Positions 1-10,634 are shown, counted from the first letter of the stretch. The stretch is 64,000 nucleotides of DNA from Vicinamibacteria bacterium (GCA_963668695.2 CAXXLQ010000004.1:2272001-2336000); one strand, 5' to 3'. Made by a program: numbers and translations. The notes: a model not told the origin generated them from the sequence alone.

Positions 1-340
1 TCAGTTCCTGAAGGAAGCCGTCGCCGGTTGTTTCGGAGCGGAACCCCTGCAGGAAAACGAGAGGGCGGGGAATCACGCGGATATCGCTGTAGGCGCTGCC
101 GAAGTAGGGGGAAAGGAGGTTGACCACCGTCCCCGGGTCCCGGTAGCGAATCGAGATCCTGCCCCGCTGCCGCCCGGTGCTCGGGTCCTCGGGACCCACC
201 AGCGAGCCGAGGACAGATGTTTCGCCGCATTCCGTCTGCGCCGCCGCCTCGCTGCTGTCCTCCATGATCGGAGGGTCTCCCCGTCCGGCGAACGAGGCGA
301 CAAGGACGATTGCGGCCGCGGCGAGGGCGTTGCGAGGCAT
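1..340 (-). CDS. Hypothetical exported protein, 3' end outside window
   Basis: ATG at 340-338 overlaps the upstream protease stop; frame open to window edge; hydrophobic N-terminus MPRNALAAAAIVLVASFAG. Confidence 0.5.
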   Translation of the reverse strand, partial: MPRNALAAAAIVLVASFAGRGDPPIMEDSSEAAAQTECGETSVLGSLVGPEDPSTGRQRGRISIRYRDPGTVVNLLSPYFGSAYSDIRVIPRPLVFLQGFRSETTGDGFLQEL

Positions 341-1404
341 CACTCGATGGTTGCCCGTCCGCGCCGGAGCGCGATGGCCGGAACCTCCGTCGTCTCACCC
401 GCGGTGACTTCCGCGAACAACCACTGATCCTGGAACCAGAACGCAAATTCGCCGACGAACTGGTGGGCGCCGGGAATGACGCTCGGGTGGAACCAGAGCA
501 TGACCGGGCCGGGCCGTAGCCCTTCGATAAGGAAACGGCCATCTTCGTCGGTGAACATTCCAGGACCGGCGCGGGGGCGCGTACTCCCGATCTCGACCGC
601 CTGTGCGTAGATGTACCGAACCGGCGCCCCGTCGTCGAACCGGACGGTGCCCGTGAGACCACCGGTGGAATCACGGAATTCGGGCGCCGGATACAGGAGC
701 GAGGCGGCCACCATGTCGTCCACGGTGAGCGACTCCCGAAAGTTCCCGTAGGACATCGCGGGGTCGGGCGAAAAGCCCGTGAGGTTCACTCCCGGCAGTT
801 CAACGTGGATCGGCATCGGCATCGGATCCGAGTGGAGCAGGGGAAGGCAGTGCCCAATTTCGTGCAGCACGAGTCCGGTCAACTTCTCCAGTCGATCCTC
901 TTCCGGGAGGGTGGCGGGGTAGGCGGGGTTCACCATCACGTCGCAGCCCACGAGCCGGTCGCCCTCGAGCACCCACGAGACCCGCCCGTTGATCCGGCCG
1001 CCTGTCGCCTCGAGGTCGGCGGAAAAGCCGATGGTGTTGATCCCGTCCCCGTCCGACCCATCCCGCTGCATGACGGGTTCCCCTTCCAGCCGGATGTCCA
1101 CTTCCGCGGTCGGGATGTCGTTCCACTGCTGGAAGGCGGCGCCGAGGAACTCGCGCCACGCGTCGTGGTCCGCGAACACATCCACGGGGAGGAGGTCGTT
1201 CTCGAGCAGCCGATAACGGAGCGGCCAGGCGTCGTCCGGCCAGCGGAAGGCCCCCGACTCCCCTCCGAGGATGGCGCCCTCCCGATCATGCATGAGCCGA
1301 TACGCCGGCGCCTCCGGCGCCGCGACCAGTGTTCCCCCGACAACAAGTCCCGCTCCCAGCCGAACCAGACGCGGGGCCACTCGATCCCTCCGAACGGAGT
1401 TCAT
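340..1404 (-). CDS. Secreted matrixin-like (metzincin) zinc metalloprotease with C-terminal beta-sandwich domain
   Basis: HEIGHCLPLLH zinc motif, Met-turn PAMSY, signal-like N-terminus; start uncertain. Confidence 0.75.
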   Translation of the reverse strand: MNSVRRDRVAPRLVRLGAGLVVGGTLVAAPEAPAYRLMHDREGAILGGESGAFRWPDDAWPLRYRLLENDLLPVDVFADHDAWREFLGAAFQQWNDIPTAEVDIRLEGEPVMQRDGSDGDGINTIGFSADLEATGGRINGRVSWVLEGDRLVGCDVMVNPAYPATLPEEDRLEKLTGLVLHEIGHCLPLLHSDPMPMPIHVELPGVNLTGFSPDPAMSYGNFRESLTVDDMVAASLLYPAPEFRDSTGGLTGTVRFDDGAPVRYIYAQAVEIGSTRPRAGPGMFTDEDGRFLIEGLRPGPVMLWFHPSVIPGAHQFVGEFAFWFQDQWLFAEVTAGETTEVPAIALRRGRATIE

Positions 1405-1496
1405 GCCTCCCGGAGCGCGCCCCTCACGACGTGCATCGTACGCAAGATGCGCGCCGCGTAGCACGGCCGGCTCCTACAATCCCGGGTTTTCCTGCC

Positions 1497-2120
1497 ATGG
1501 ATCCTCCGCTCGTTGCCGCCCTCCCCACCGGGCGGCTGCTACGGGCGGTGACGGGCTTGCTGCGCCGCGCCGGGATTCCCTTGCCCGAGGGACATACCGA
1601 CCGCCGGCTGCGTCTTCAGGGGAACGGGATGGAGGTGTTGTTCGCCAAGGATCGCGATGTCCCCATCTACGTCGAGCACGGGGTGGCTGATTTCGGTGTG
1701 GTCGGCCGGGACATCCTGGAGGAACGGCCGGTCCACATCTACGAGCCGCTCAACCTCGGAGTTGGCCGCTGCCGGATGGTTCTTGCCCGGCTCGAGGGGC
1801 GTCGGTTACCCGAGCCGCCGCTCCGCATCGCGACGAAGTACCCCGCGGTGGCGAGGCGGCATTTTGGCGCCCAGGGGATTCCCGTCGAGCTGATCCGGCT
1901 CGCCGGCGCCATCGAACTGGCGCCGACGATGGATCTCGCCGATGCCATTGTGGACCTTGTCGAGACCGGGGCGACGCTCCGGGACAACGGGCTGATCGAG
2001 GAGGAAACCCTCTTCGAGAGCTCCGCGCGGGTCGTGGTGAACCGTGCCTCTTTCCGTCTCCGTGGATCGGCCCTCCAGGCGCTGCTTCGGCGGCTGGAGA
2101 CCGCGATGGGGAAAACATGA
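1497..2120 (+). CDS. hisG: ATP phosphoribosyltransferase, short form
   Basis: ALPTGRL, ATKYP, GAIELAP, DAIVDLVETGATLRDNGL; TACAAT at 1475-1480. Confidence 0.93.
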   Translation: MDPPLVAALPTGRLLRAVTGLLRRAGIPLPEGHTDRRLRLQGNGMEVLFAKDRDVPIYVEHGVADFGVVGRDILEERPVHIYEPLNLGVGRCRMVLARLEGRRLPEPPLRIATKYPAVARRHFGAQGIPVELIRLAGAIELAPTMDLADAIVDLVETGATLRDNGLIEEETLFESSARVVVNRASFRLRGSALQALLRRLETAMGKT

Positions 2121-3496
2121 GCGGGGCGGCGCGCGGACTCCCGGGCCGCTTTGCGGTACCCATTTTCGAAGGCGCTGACGCCTATCGGGCCGACCCGCGG
2201 CGGACCAGTCTCGAAGGAACCGGTTCCGGCCAGATTGTCCGGGAGCGAACCGCGGCCATCCTGGAGCGGGTGCGACGGGAGGGGGACGACGCTCTCGTCG
2301 AGTTGGCGCGCCGGTTCGATTCCGCGGCCTTTGAATCGTCACACCTGCGGGTATTCCCGGGGGAACTCGCTCGCCTCGCTGCGGACGCCGGTCCGGAGGA
2401 GCGGGGTTTGCTCCGGCGGACCCGGGAACGCATCGCGGCGTACCACGAGCGCCAGCGCGAAACGTCGTTCCGGATGGATCTCGGGGAGGGATCGCGCCTC
2501 GAATGGCGATCCGCGCCGATCGCGTCAGTGGGGGTCTATGTGCCCGGCGGAGCGGCGGTGTACCCGTCCACCGTGCTCATGAACACGGTTCCGGCCGCGG
2601 TGGCCGGGGTTCCGCGGATTGCGCTCACGACGCCTCCGGGCGCGCTCGAACGCAGTCCGGTGCTGGCGGCGGCGATCCTCGCGGCCGGCGTCCACGAGGT
2701 CTACCGAATCGGCGGAGCCCAGGCCATCGCGGCCTTGGCCTTCGGAACGGCGACCGTTCCGCCGGTCGACAAGGTGGTGGGACCGGGGAACGCCTACGTA
2801 GCGGAGGCAAAGCGTCAACTCGGCCACCGTATCGGGACCGACGCATTCGCCGGACCCTCCGAAGTCGTGGTGCTGGCCGACGAAACGGCCCGGCCGGACT
2901 GGGTTGCCGCGGATCTCCTGGCCCAGGCCGAACATGGTTCCGGAGAGGAGCGGGCCATTCTCATCACCACCTCGCGCGACCTTGCGGAGGCAACGGTCGC
3001 CGAACTCGGGCGTCAGGCCGAAGGCCAGCCGAACGCCGAGACCATCGCCCGCGCCCTTGCCCGCCACGGAGCCGTGGTGCATGTCGAGCACCTCGAAGAC
3101 GCGGTGCGGCTTGCGGAGGAAATCGCGCCCGAACATCTCGAAGTGATGACGCGGGATCCCGAGGCCCTTGCCGACCGGTTCCCAAGTTCGGGCGCCGTGC
3201 TGCTGGGCCACCATTCGCCGGTTGCGATCGGAGACTACGGAGCGGGCCCGAACCACGTTCTCCCGACCGGCGGCACGGCCCGCTTCGCCTCGCCGCTCTC
3301 GGTCGGCGATTTTGTGAAACGGCAAAGCGTTCTCCGCTTCCGGAAAGCGACCCTCGAGTCGCTCCGGGATGACTTCGAGCGCTTTGCCCGCATCGAGGGA
3401 TTCGAGGCGCACGCCCGCTCCGTTGCGATCCGTTTCGAGGATGATCACCCGCAGGGAACCCCGGCCACCGGTAGCCCGGCGCCGAGCCGGCCTTAA
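2117..3496 (+). CDS. hisD: Histidinol dehydrogenase
   Basis: GVYVPGG, GPGNAYVAEAK, AGPSE, DLLAQAEH, GPNHVLPTGG. Confidence 0.96.
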   Translation: MSGAARGLPGRFAVPIFEGADAYRADPRRTSLEGTGSGQIVRERTAAILERVRREGDDALVELARRFDSAAFESSHLRVFPGELARLAADAGPEERGLLRRTRERIAAYHERQRETSFRMDLGEGSRLEWRSAPIASVGVYVPGGAAVYPSTVLMNTVPAAVAGVPRIALTTPPGALERSPVLAAAILAAGVHEVYRIGGAQAIAALAFGTATVPPVDKVVGPGNAYVAEAKRQLGHRIGTDAFAGPSEVVVLADETARPDWVAADLLAQAEHGSGEERAILITTSRDLAEATVAELGRQAEGQPNAETIARALARHGAVVHVEHLEDAVRLAEEIAPEHLEVMTRDPEALADRFPSSGAVLLGHHSPVAIGDYGAGPNHVLPTGGTARFASPLSVGDFVKRQSVLRFRKATLESLRDDFERFARIEGFEAHARSVAIRFEDDHPQGTPATGSPAPSRP

Positions 3497-3714
3497 CAGC
3501 CTGTGGCAAAACCCACGCGGCCCAGTTCTCCCGGTGGGGGCTCGGCCGGCGATCCATCCCGTCTGAACCACGCCGCTTTGCGCCGCTCTGCGTTGCGTTT
3601 CGGTCGAAATACACCCGGGCCAGTTCTCCCGGTGGGGGCTCCTCCCTCACGCGCCTCGTCGGACGGGCGCCTCGCCGGTCTCGGCGCTCACACCACTTTA
3701 TCCACCGGCTGCTA
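3494..3714 (+). mobile_element. MITE-like repeat family A
   Basis: TAACAGCCTGTGG...CCACCGGCTGCTA terminal inverted repeats; begins on the hisD TAA. Confidence 0.85.
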
Positions 3715-3747
3715 GGACAAACTGGCGGGTTCGCTACATTTGACGCC

Positions 3748-4875
3748 ATGAAGTCTGTTCCGCTCGACGCGATCCGTTCCGAGGTTTTCGAACTTGCCCC
3801 CGATGTGGGGTCCCGGCCGGATGTACCCATCTACCTGGACTGGAACGAGAGTCGCTGGCCGCTTCCCGAAGGCGTCCTTACCGCGATGGCGGAGGCGGTT
3901 GCGGGTACGGACGCCCGGCCGTATCCGGACCGGGGTTATCCGGAAGTCCGGGAGGCCATTGCCCGTCTCGCCGATTGGGATCCCGAGGGGGTCGCATTCG
4001 GAAACGGCGGAGACGACATGCTCGGCCTGATCGCGCTCGCCACGACAGGCGCCGGGCGTCGCGCCCTGTATCCGTCCCCGGGTTTTTCCATGTACCCCTG
4101 GGCGGTCCGGCTGGCCGGCGGGGAGCCCTCTCCGGTGGCCCTCCTCGACGACCTCTCCTACGACGTTCACGAGTTCGTCCGGCGAATCGAATCCGAGAAA
4201 CCCTCTCTCGTCTTCGTTACGAATCCGCACAACCCGACGGGGCAACTGCTTCCTCTGGATGCTCTCCGCGAGCTGGCCTCGGTGGCGCCCGGCTTCCTGT
4301 TGGTGGACGAGGCGTACCACGAGTTCAGCGGACAGACCGCCCGGCCGCTTCTCGACGAGTTCGGGAACGTCATCCTGCTGCGGACCTTCTCGAAGGCCAT
4401 GGCGATGGCGGGAGCCCGTCTCGGCTATCTGCTCGGCGCCCCCGATGCGATCTTCAATATCCGCCGGGCCCAGCCGCCGTTCCCGGTTGGGGTCTACACC
4501 TGCCGGGCGGCGTCCGCCGTCATGAGGCAGCGGGACGCCCTCCTCGAAATGACCGCCAAGATCACGGCGGAACGGGAATCGTTGGCCGACCGGCTCGCCG
4601 CGGTGCCCGGAGTCACGGTCTGGCCATCGCACACGAACTTCCTCCTCTTCAAGACCAAGGTGGAGAGCACCGTGCTGGCCCGCCGGTTCCTCGATCAGGG
4701 GGTAGCGCTGCGGGACTTCTCGCGCCATCCGCTGCTCCAGGGAACGCTCCGCGTCACCGTCGGGACTCCGGAAGAGAACGTGGTCTTCTTGGAGGCACTC
4801 GCCGACTCGCTGTCCCGGGCCGTTCTTGACTCAGAAGTTCAGGCGGCCGGGGTGCCGGAGTCCCCTGTCGCGTGA
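3748..4875 (+). CDS. hisC: Histidinol-phosphate aminotransferase
   Basis: NPHNPTG, VDEAY, RTFSKAMAMAGARLGY (PLP lysine), LRVTVG. Confidence 0.95.
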   Translation: MKSVPLDAIRSEVFELAPDVGSRPDVPIYLDWNESRWPLPEGVLTAMAEAVAGTDARPYPDRGYPEVREAIARLADWDPEGVAFGNGGDDMLGLIALATTGAGRRALYPSPGFSMYPWAVRLAGGEPSPVALLDDLSYDVHEFVRRIESEKPSLVFVTNPHNPTGQLLPLDALRELASVAPGFLLVDEAYHEFSGQTARPLLDEFGNVILLRTFSKAMAMAGARLGYLLGAPDAIFNIRRAQPPFPVGVYTCRAASAVMRQRDALLEMTAKITAERESLADRLAAVPGVTVWPSHTNFLLFKTKVESTVLARRFLDQGVALRDFSRHPLLQGTLRVTVGTPEENVVFLEALADSLSRAVLDSEVQAAGVPESPVA

Positions 4876-5495
4876 GCGTTTCCGTCCCATCCAACCTCAC
4901 CGCGCCGCGCCGGACGGCGGTCCGGCTGCGCGAGACGCGCGAGACGCGCGTCCGGATCGAGCTCGACCTCGATCCGGCCGTGCCTTCAGTCGAAATCTCC
5001 ACCGGTATCGGCTTCTTCGATCACATGCTGGAGGCGTTGGCGCGGCATTCGGGGATGGCGCTGACGGTGGAGGCCGAAGGGGACCTCCACGTGGACGCCC
5101 ACCACACCATGGAGGACGTGGGGCTGACCCTCGGCGATTGCCTGGCCGAGGCGCTCGGCGATCTGAAGGGGGTGCGCAGGTTCGGGACGGCGCACGTTCC
5201 GCTCGACGAGGCGCTCTCGCGCGTGGTGGTGGATCTGTGCGGGCGGCCATTTCTGGCGTGGCGGGTTGTTTTCCCGGCCGAACGCGTGGGCGAGACACCC
5301 ACGGAGTTGTTCGAGGATTTCTTCCGGGCCCTGACCGACCGGGGCCGGCTCACGGTGCACGTGGACGGGCTCATCGGCCGCAACAGCCACCACATCGCCG
5401 AGACGGTCTTCAAGGCGTTCGCCCGAGCCTTCGCCGAGGCGAAGGAAGTGGTCGGGGGCGCCGTTCCCTCAACCAAGGGCACGCTTTCCGACTGA
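4872..5495 (+). CDS. hisB: Imidazoleglycerol-phosphate dehydratase
   Basis: RETRET, TGIGFFDHML, DAHHTMED, NSHHIAE, PSTKG. Confidence 0.96.
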   Translation: MSVSVPSNLTAPRRTAVRLRETRETRVRIELDLDPAVPSVEISTGIGFFDHMLEALARHSGMALTVEAEGDLHVDAHHTMEDVGLTLGDCLAEALGDLKGVRRFGTAHVPLDEALSRVVVDLCGRPFLAWRVVFPAERVGETPTELFEDFFRALTDRGRLTVHVDGLIGRNSHHIAETVFKAFARAFAEAKEVVGGAVPSTKGTLSD

Positions 5496-5687
5496 CAGGC
5501 CGTGGGAAAAGCGCCCCGCATGCCCTTCGGGAAAGGAAAACGCACGGACTGTCCAGCGCTTCGGATGCGGGGCACTTTGCCCACGGGTCGGCGGGGAGAA
5601 TCGCTTGGCGATTCTCCCCGCCGTCTTTCCTGTGGGGAGGGGAAACCCCTCCCCACACCCCTCCCCCGCGGCGCTGCGCGCCGCGGG
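5493..5687 (+). repeat. Multi-hairpin intergenic element family B, copy 1
   Basis: Four successive stem-loops; homologous to the reverse complement of 12985-13176. Confidence 0.75.
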
Positions 5688-5734
5688 TCCACACGAGTCG
5701 CCTCTTGCCACTTGCTTCTGGGCTAGAGGGAGAG

Positions 5735-6430
5735 GTGCTCTCGGATTCAAGAGCCGAGGAACGGGAGGTGGCCCCCCCACCTGCCGCCTTTGCCAGCAGC
5801 CGCGCGGATACCGTGGTCTTGGACCACGGCGCCGGGAATCTGGGCAGCGTTGTCCGGGCACTCGGGCGCCAGGGGGCCGATGTGCACCTCTCGTCCGATC
5901 CCGAACGCATCGCGAACGCGAAACGGCTCGTTCTGCCGGGGGACGGGCATTTCGGTGAAGCGATGCGCGCCCTTCGCGAACGCGGCCTCGAGGCGCCGCT
6001 CCGTCAAGCCGTTGAAACCGGAGCCTGGTTGCTCGGCATTTGTGTCGGTCTCCAGATGCTCTTTCCCGACAGCGATGAAGCGCCCGGCGTTTCAGGACTC
6101 GGCCTGTTGCCGGGGCGCGTCCGCCGCTTCGCGGGCGGTCTGCCGGTACCGCACATCGGCTGGAATCAGCTCGAGGAGATCGACGGGAGCCCCCTGTTTC
6201 GGGGTATCCCCGAAGGCGGGTACGCCTACTTCCTCCATTCGTTCTACGCGGATCCCTCCGCCTCCCGGCACCACCTCGCGGCCACCGAGTACGGGGTCCG
6301 TTTCGCTTCGGCGGCCGGGGAAGGCCGGGTGTTCGGAATCCAGTTCCATCCCGAAAAGAGCGGCCGTCTCGGTGCGGCGGTGCTTGCGAACTTTCTGACG
6401 CTCGGCGAGCCGCTGACCGGCCTGGAATGA
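5735..6430 (+). CDS. hisH: Imidazole glycerol phosphate synthase glutaminase subunit
   Basis: GAGNLGSV, LGICVGLQ, VPHIGWN, QFHPEKS; GTG start after GAGGGAG. Confidence 0.93.
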   Translation: MLSDSRAEEREVAPPPAAFASSRADTVVLDHGAGNLGSVVRALGRQGADVHLSSDPERIANAKRLVLPGDGHFGEAMRALRERGLEAPLRQAVETGAWLLGICVGLQMLFPDSDEAPGVSGLGLLPGRVRRFAGGLPVPHIGWNQLEEIDGSPLFRGIPEGGYAYFLHSFYADPSASRHHLAATEYGVRFASAAGEGRVFGIQFHPEKSGRLGAAVLANFLTLGEPLTGLE

Positions 6431-7218
6431 CCGAAACCGGCATCGAACCGATCCCGGCGGTAGATCTCTCGGGAGGGCGTGTCGTCCGTCTCCTGCGCGG
6501 GATTCGCGACCGCGAGACCGTGTACGGCGACGATCCCCTTGAGGTAGCGGTGGACTTCGCCGCCGCGGGCGCCCGTTGGCTCCACGTCGTGGATCTCGAC
6601 GCCGCCTTCGGCGACGGGGGGAACCGCGAGGCCGTGCGGCGGCTGCTCAGGGAGTGTCCCCTTCAGGTCCAGGTAGCGGGAGGCGTCCGGACGGCGCGGT
6701 CCTATGCGGAACTCCGTGAGGAGGGAGCTGCTCGGGTGGTGTTTGGGACCGTCGCCGTCGAAGCTCCGGAGGTCGTGGAAGAAGCCATCCGGATGGACGG
6801 CGCCGGGGTCGCGGTGGCGCTCGACGTGCGCGGAGGCCGCTTGCAGACCCGAGGATGGGTAAAGCCGGATCCGGGAGGCACGGCTACCGGGGGAGCGGGA
6901 CCCGAGGCAGCGGCCCGCCATTGGGGAGAGGTTGGCGCGGCCGCCCTGGTCTACACGAGCGTCGAGCGGGACGGCACGATGGAAGGGCCGGATGCGGAGG
7001 CGGCGCTGCGGGTGGCTGCCGCCTCCGGACTTCCGACCATCCTGGCCGGAGGGGTGGGGGCGCTGTCGCACCTCGAGGCGGTGCGCCTGGTCACCCGGAA
7101 CGCCGGGTTGTCGCCCGGGAATGGTCCGGCCCGGGGCCGGCTGAGCGGGGTCATCCTCGGGCGTGCGCTCTACGAAAAACGGTTCACCCTCCCCGAGGCC
7201 CGATTGGCGCTCACGTAA
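6427..7218 (+). CDS. hisA: ProFAR isomerase
   Basis: IPAVDLSGGRVVRL, LHVVDLDAA, GGVR, RDGTMEGPD, GRALY. Confidence 0.93.
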   Translation: MTETGIEPIPAVDLSGGRVVRLLRGIRDRETVYGDDPLEVAVDFAAAGARWLHVVDLDAAFGDGGNREAVRRLLRECPLQVQVAGGVRTARSYAELREEGAARVVFGTVAVEAPEVVEEAIRMDGAGVAVALDVRGGRLQTRGWVKPDPGGTATGGAGPEAAARHWGEVGAAALVYTSVERDGTMEGPDAEAALRVAAASGLPTILAGGVGALSHLEAVRLVTRNAGLSPGNGPARGRLSGVILGRALYEKRFTLPEARLALT

Positions 7219-7234
7219 CAGGGTCCGCTCTTGG

Positions 7235-7875
7235 TCAGCGGTCTTGCGAGGGGAACCGGCGGGTGATTTCCGCCGCCACGTTCCGGCCGTCGATTCCGAG
7301 ATCCTCGAGCAGCACGAGCAGGTGGTAGAGAAGGTCTACCGACTCGTTCACGACTTCCGCGGTGGATCCGGCCGCGGCAGCCAGCGCCACCTCGACGCCT
7401 TCCTCCCCCACCTTCTGGGCGATGCGCCGGGTGCCGGCCTGCAGGAGGGCTGCGGTATAGGAGCCTTCCGGACGGCTCGCCGCCCGCTCCCTGACGATTT
7501 CGGTGAGCGCGCTCAGCGCGGGCCCGAGTTCCGCAGCGCGGCCATCGTCCGAAGTACTCCTACCCTCCGCGAGAGGCTCGAAGAAGCATGACGTCTGGCC
7601 CGTGTGACAGGTGGGGCCGGCGGGATCGGCATGAACCAGGAGGGCGTCGCCGTCGCAGTCAACGGTCAGCGAGCGGAGGTGGAGTTCGTTGCCCGAGGTC
7701 TCGCCCTTCTTCCACAGCGTCTGGCGGCTCCGCGACCAGAAGTGGACGCGGCCGCTCTCGATGGTCCGGGTGAGGGCCTCGTCGTTCATCCAGCCGAGCA
7801 TGAGGACCCGGCCGCCCACCGCATCCTGGATGACGGCGGGAACCAGACCGCCCTCGTTCCAGTGGATTTTCGGGG

Positions 7876-7879
<4 letters not shown>
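7235..7879 (-). CDS. hisIE: Bifunctional phosphoribosyl-AMP cyclohydrolase / phosphoribosyl-ATP pyrophosphatase
   Basis: [44 protein letters not shown]. Confidence 0.95.
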
Positions 7880-8679
<800 letters not shown>

Positions 8680-8739
8680 CGAGCGATTCTAGGCCGCTGG
8701 GACTTTGCGCTGGGCGGCGTTGGTGTGACGCCTAGAATC

Positions 8740-9047
8740 CAGCAGCCTGTGGACAAAGTCACGCGGCCCAGTTTTCCCGGTGGGGGCTCGACCGGCGATG
8801 CATCCCGGCTGAACCGCGCCACATCGTGGCGCTCTGCGTTGCGCTTCGGTCGAAACACGCTCGGGCCAGTTCTCCCGGTGGGGGCTTCTCTCTCGCGCGC
8901 CTTGTCAGCCGGGCCCCCACCGGGAGAACTGGCCCCACCGGGAGAACTGGCCCCACCGGGAGAACTGGCCCCACCGGGAGAACTGGCCCCACCGGGAGAA
9001 CTGGGCCTCACCGCTCTCGGCACTCACGCCACTTTATCCACAGGCCG
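8740..9047 (+). mobile_element. MITE-like repeat family A with five tandem 18-bp modules
   Basis: CAGCCTGTGG...CCACAGGC ends; (CCCCACCGGGAGAACTGG)x5 at 8915-9004. Confidence 0.85.
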
Positions 9048-9053
9048 CCGGGC

Positions 9054-9794
9054 ATGAGCGAGACGCTGCCGCTTCACCCGGGTGCCGGAGCGCCGCGTAA
9101 GCCGGGGTCAGGACAGGAAGTCCGCGCCCGCCGCGACCGGGTCCGGGAGCAGGTAGGGAGCGAGCGGTGGCGCGCGGGCTGCGAGGCGCTGGTGGTGGAG
9201 GCCGCTCTCGCGACGCTCCAACTGACCGGCGCCGCCCTCTCGGAGGAGGAGATTCGCGCCCTCCGCGAGGGGGCTCCTACCCCCACATTCGGGCCTTCTC
9301 TCGGAGCCCTCGGCCTTCTCGGGCGCGCTGCTCGAGATCGGGATCCGAGCGAGGAGCTGATTTCCGAGGTTCATGCGGTCGCCAGCGGGCTGACCGGAGC
9401 AAGCTCTTTTCGCACCCATCAGATCGAACCACAGTTTCAGGCGGCGAGCCTCTCCCCGCCACAGACCGTTTCGCTACGGCTCGGCGAGCTCCTTGACTGG
9501 ATTTCCGGCGCCAGCGCAAAGGATCTCGAGACCGCGCCGCGCGCGGCGCTCTTCTTTGCCCGGTTCCTGGAGATCTCGCCCTTTGAACGCGCGAACTTCC
9601 GGGTGGCGCACCTGATGCTCACCTTCTTTGCTCTCGCTGACGACCAGCCGCCCATTTGGTTCGAGGTGGAGGACGCACCGGGGATCCGGGAAGATGTCTC
9701 CCGCGCCTTCCGTTTCGATACCGGGTCGCTGACGGAACGGATCGACCGATCCCTCCACCGTTCGCTGGATCGGGTCGAAAATGCCGGCCGCTAA
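9054..9794 (+). CDS. Fic/Doc-fold protein with degenerate active-site motif
   Basis: ISEVHAVA...FR...FLEISPFERANFRVAHL aligns with Fic HPFxDGNGRxxR. Confidence 0.65.
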   Translation: MSETLPLHPGAGAPRKPGSGQEVRARRDRVREQVGSERWRAGCEALVVEAALATLQLTGAALSEEEIRALREGAPTPTFGPSLGALGLLGRAARDRDPSEELISEVHAVASGLTGASSFRTHQIEPQFQAASLSPPQTVSLRLGELLDWISGASAKDLETAPRAALFFARFLEISPFERANFRVAHLMLTFFALADDQPPIWFEVEDAPGIREDVSRAFRFDTGSLTERIDRSLHRSLDRVENAGR

Positions 9795-10287
9795 CAGCCT
9801 GTAGTGAAACCCCCGCGGCCCAGTTCTCCCGGTGGGGGCTCGGCCGGCGATCCATCCCGGCCGAACAGCCGGTGATGAAACCCCCGCGGCCCAGTTCTCC
9901 CGGTGGGGGCTCGGCCGGCGATCCATCCCGGCTGTTCACCGCGTCGCTTCGCGCCGCTCATCGTTGCGTTTCGGTCGGAATACACCCGGGCCAGTTCTCC
10001 CGGTGGGGGCTCCTCCCTCACGCGCCTTGTCAGCCGGGCGCCTCGCCCCCACCGGGAGAACTGGCCGGCCTCGGCGCTCACGCGGGTTCCACCACCGGCT
10101 GCTAACAGCCTGTGGCAAAACCCACGCGGCGTTCGACCGGCGATCCATCCCGGCTGAACCACTCCGCTTCGCTGCGTTCTGCGTTGCGTTTCGGTCGAAA
10201 TACACCCGGTATTCCTCCCTCACGCGCCTTGTCAGCCGGGCGCCTCACCGGCCTCGGCGCTCACCCGGGTTTCACCACAGGCTGTTA
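9792..10287 (+). mobile_element. Two abutting family A elements sharing TA at 10103-10104; the second (185 bp) is the minimal form
   Basis: TAACAGCCTGT at 9792 and 10103; ends GGCTGCTA 10104 and CCACAGGCTGTTA 10287. Confidence 0.88.
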
Positions 10288-10358
10288 AGGGCCCGCTACA
10301 ATCCGAAGCATCGGGTGATGCGGGGCGCCTTTTGACCGGCGCCGGCCCGGTATCCGGA

Positions 10359-10634
10359 ATGTTCCAGCGGTTCGGCCCCCTCGGCTCTCTCGTTTCGTGG
10401 GCGATGCTCCAGCAACGGCAGACGGTCGAGTTCGTGACCCTCCCGCAGACGGAACCCCCCCGCGGGATCCTGACCCTGATCCTTGAGTCCTTCGCCCTCG
10501 CCGGGACGCTGGTCCTGGCAACCGTGCTTGTCGGCCTCGGCTTCGGAATCTTCCGCATCTGGCTCATCCGCCGCTACCCGGACAACCGTTTCAACGGCAG
10601 CGGACGGGATACCCCCCGGCTCGACCTCAGTTGA
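10359..10634 (+). CDS. Small membrane protein
   Basis: One hydrophobic segment; TACAAT at 10297; stop overlaps next TTG start. Confidence 0.55.
   Translation: MFQRFGPLGSLVSWAMLQQRQTVEFVTLPQTEPPRGILTLILESFALAGTLVLATVLVGLGFGIFRIWLIRRYPDNRFNGSGRDTPRLDLS

Noticed and set aside
4826-5734. 534-aa ORF suggesting an N-terminally extended HisH
   Set aside because: The upstream part overlaps hisB out of frame and the family B hairpins; HisH similarity starts near 5810.
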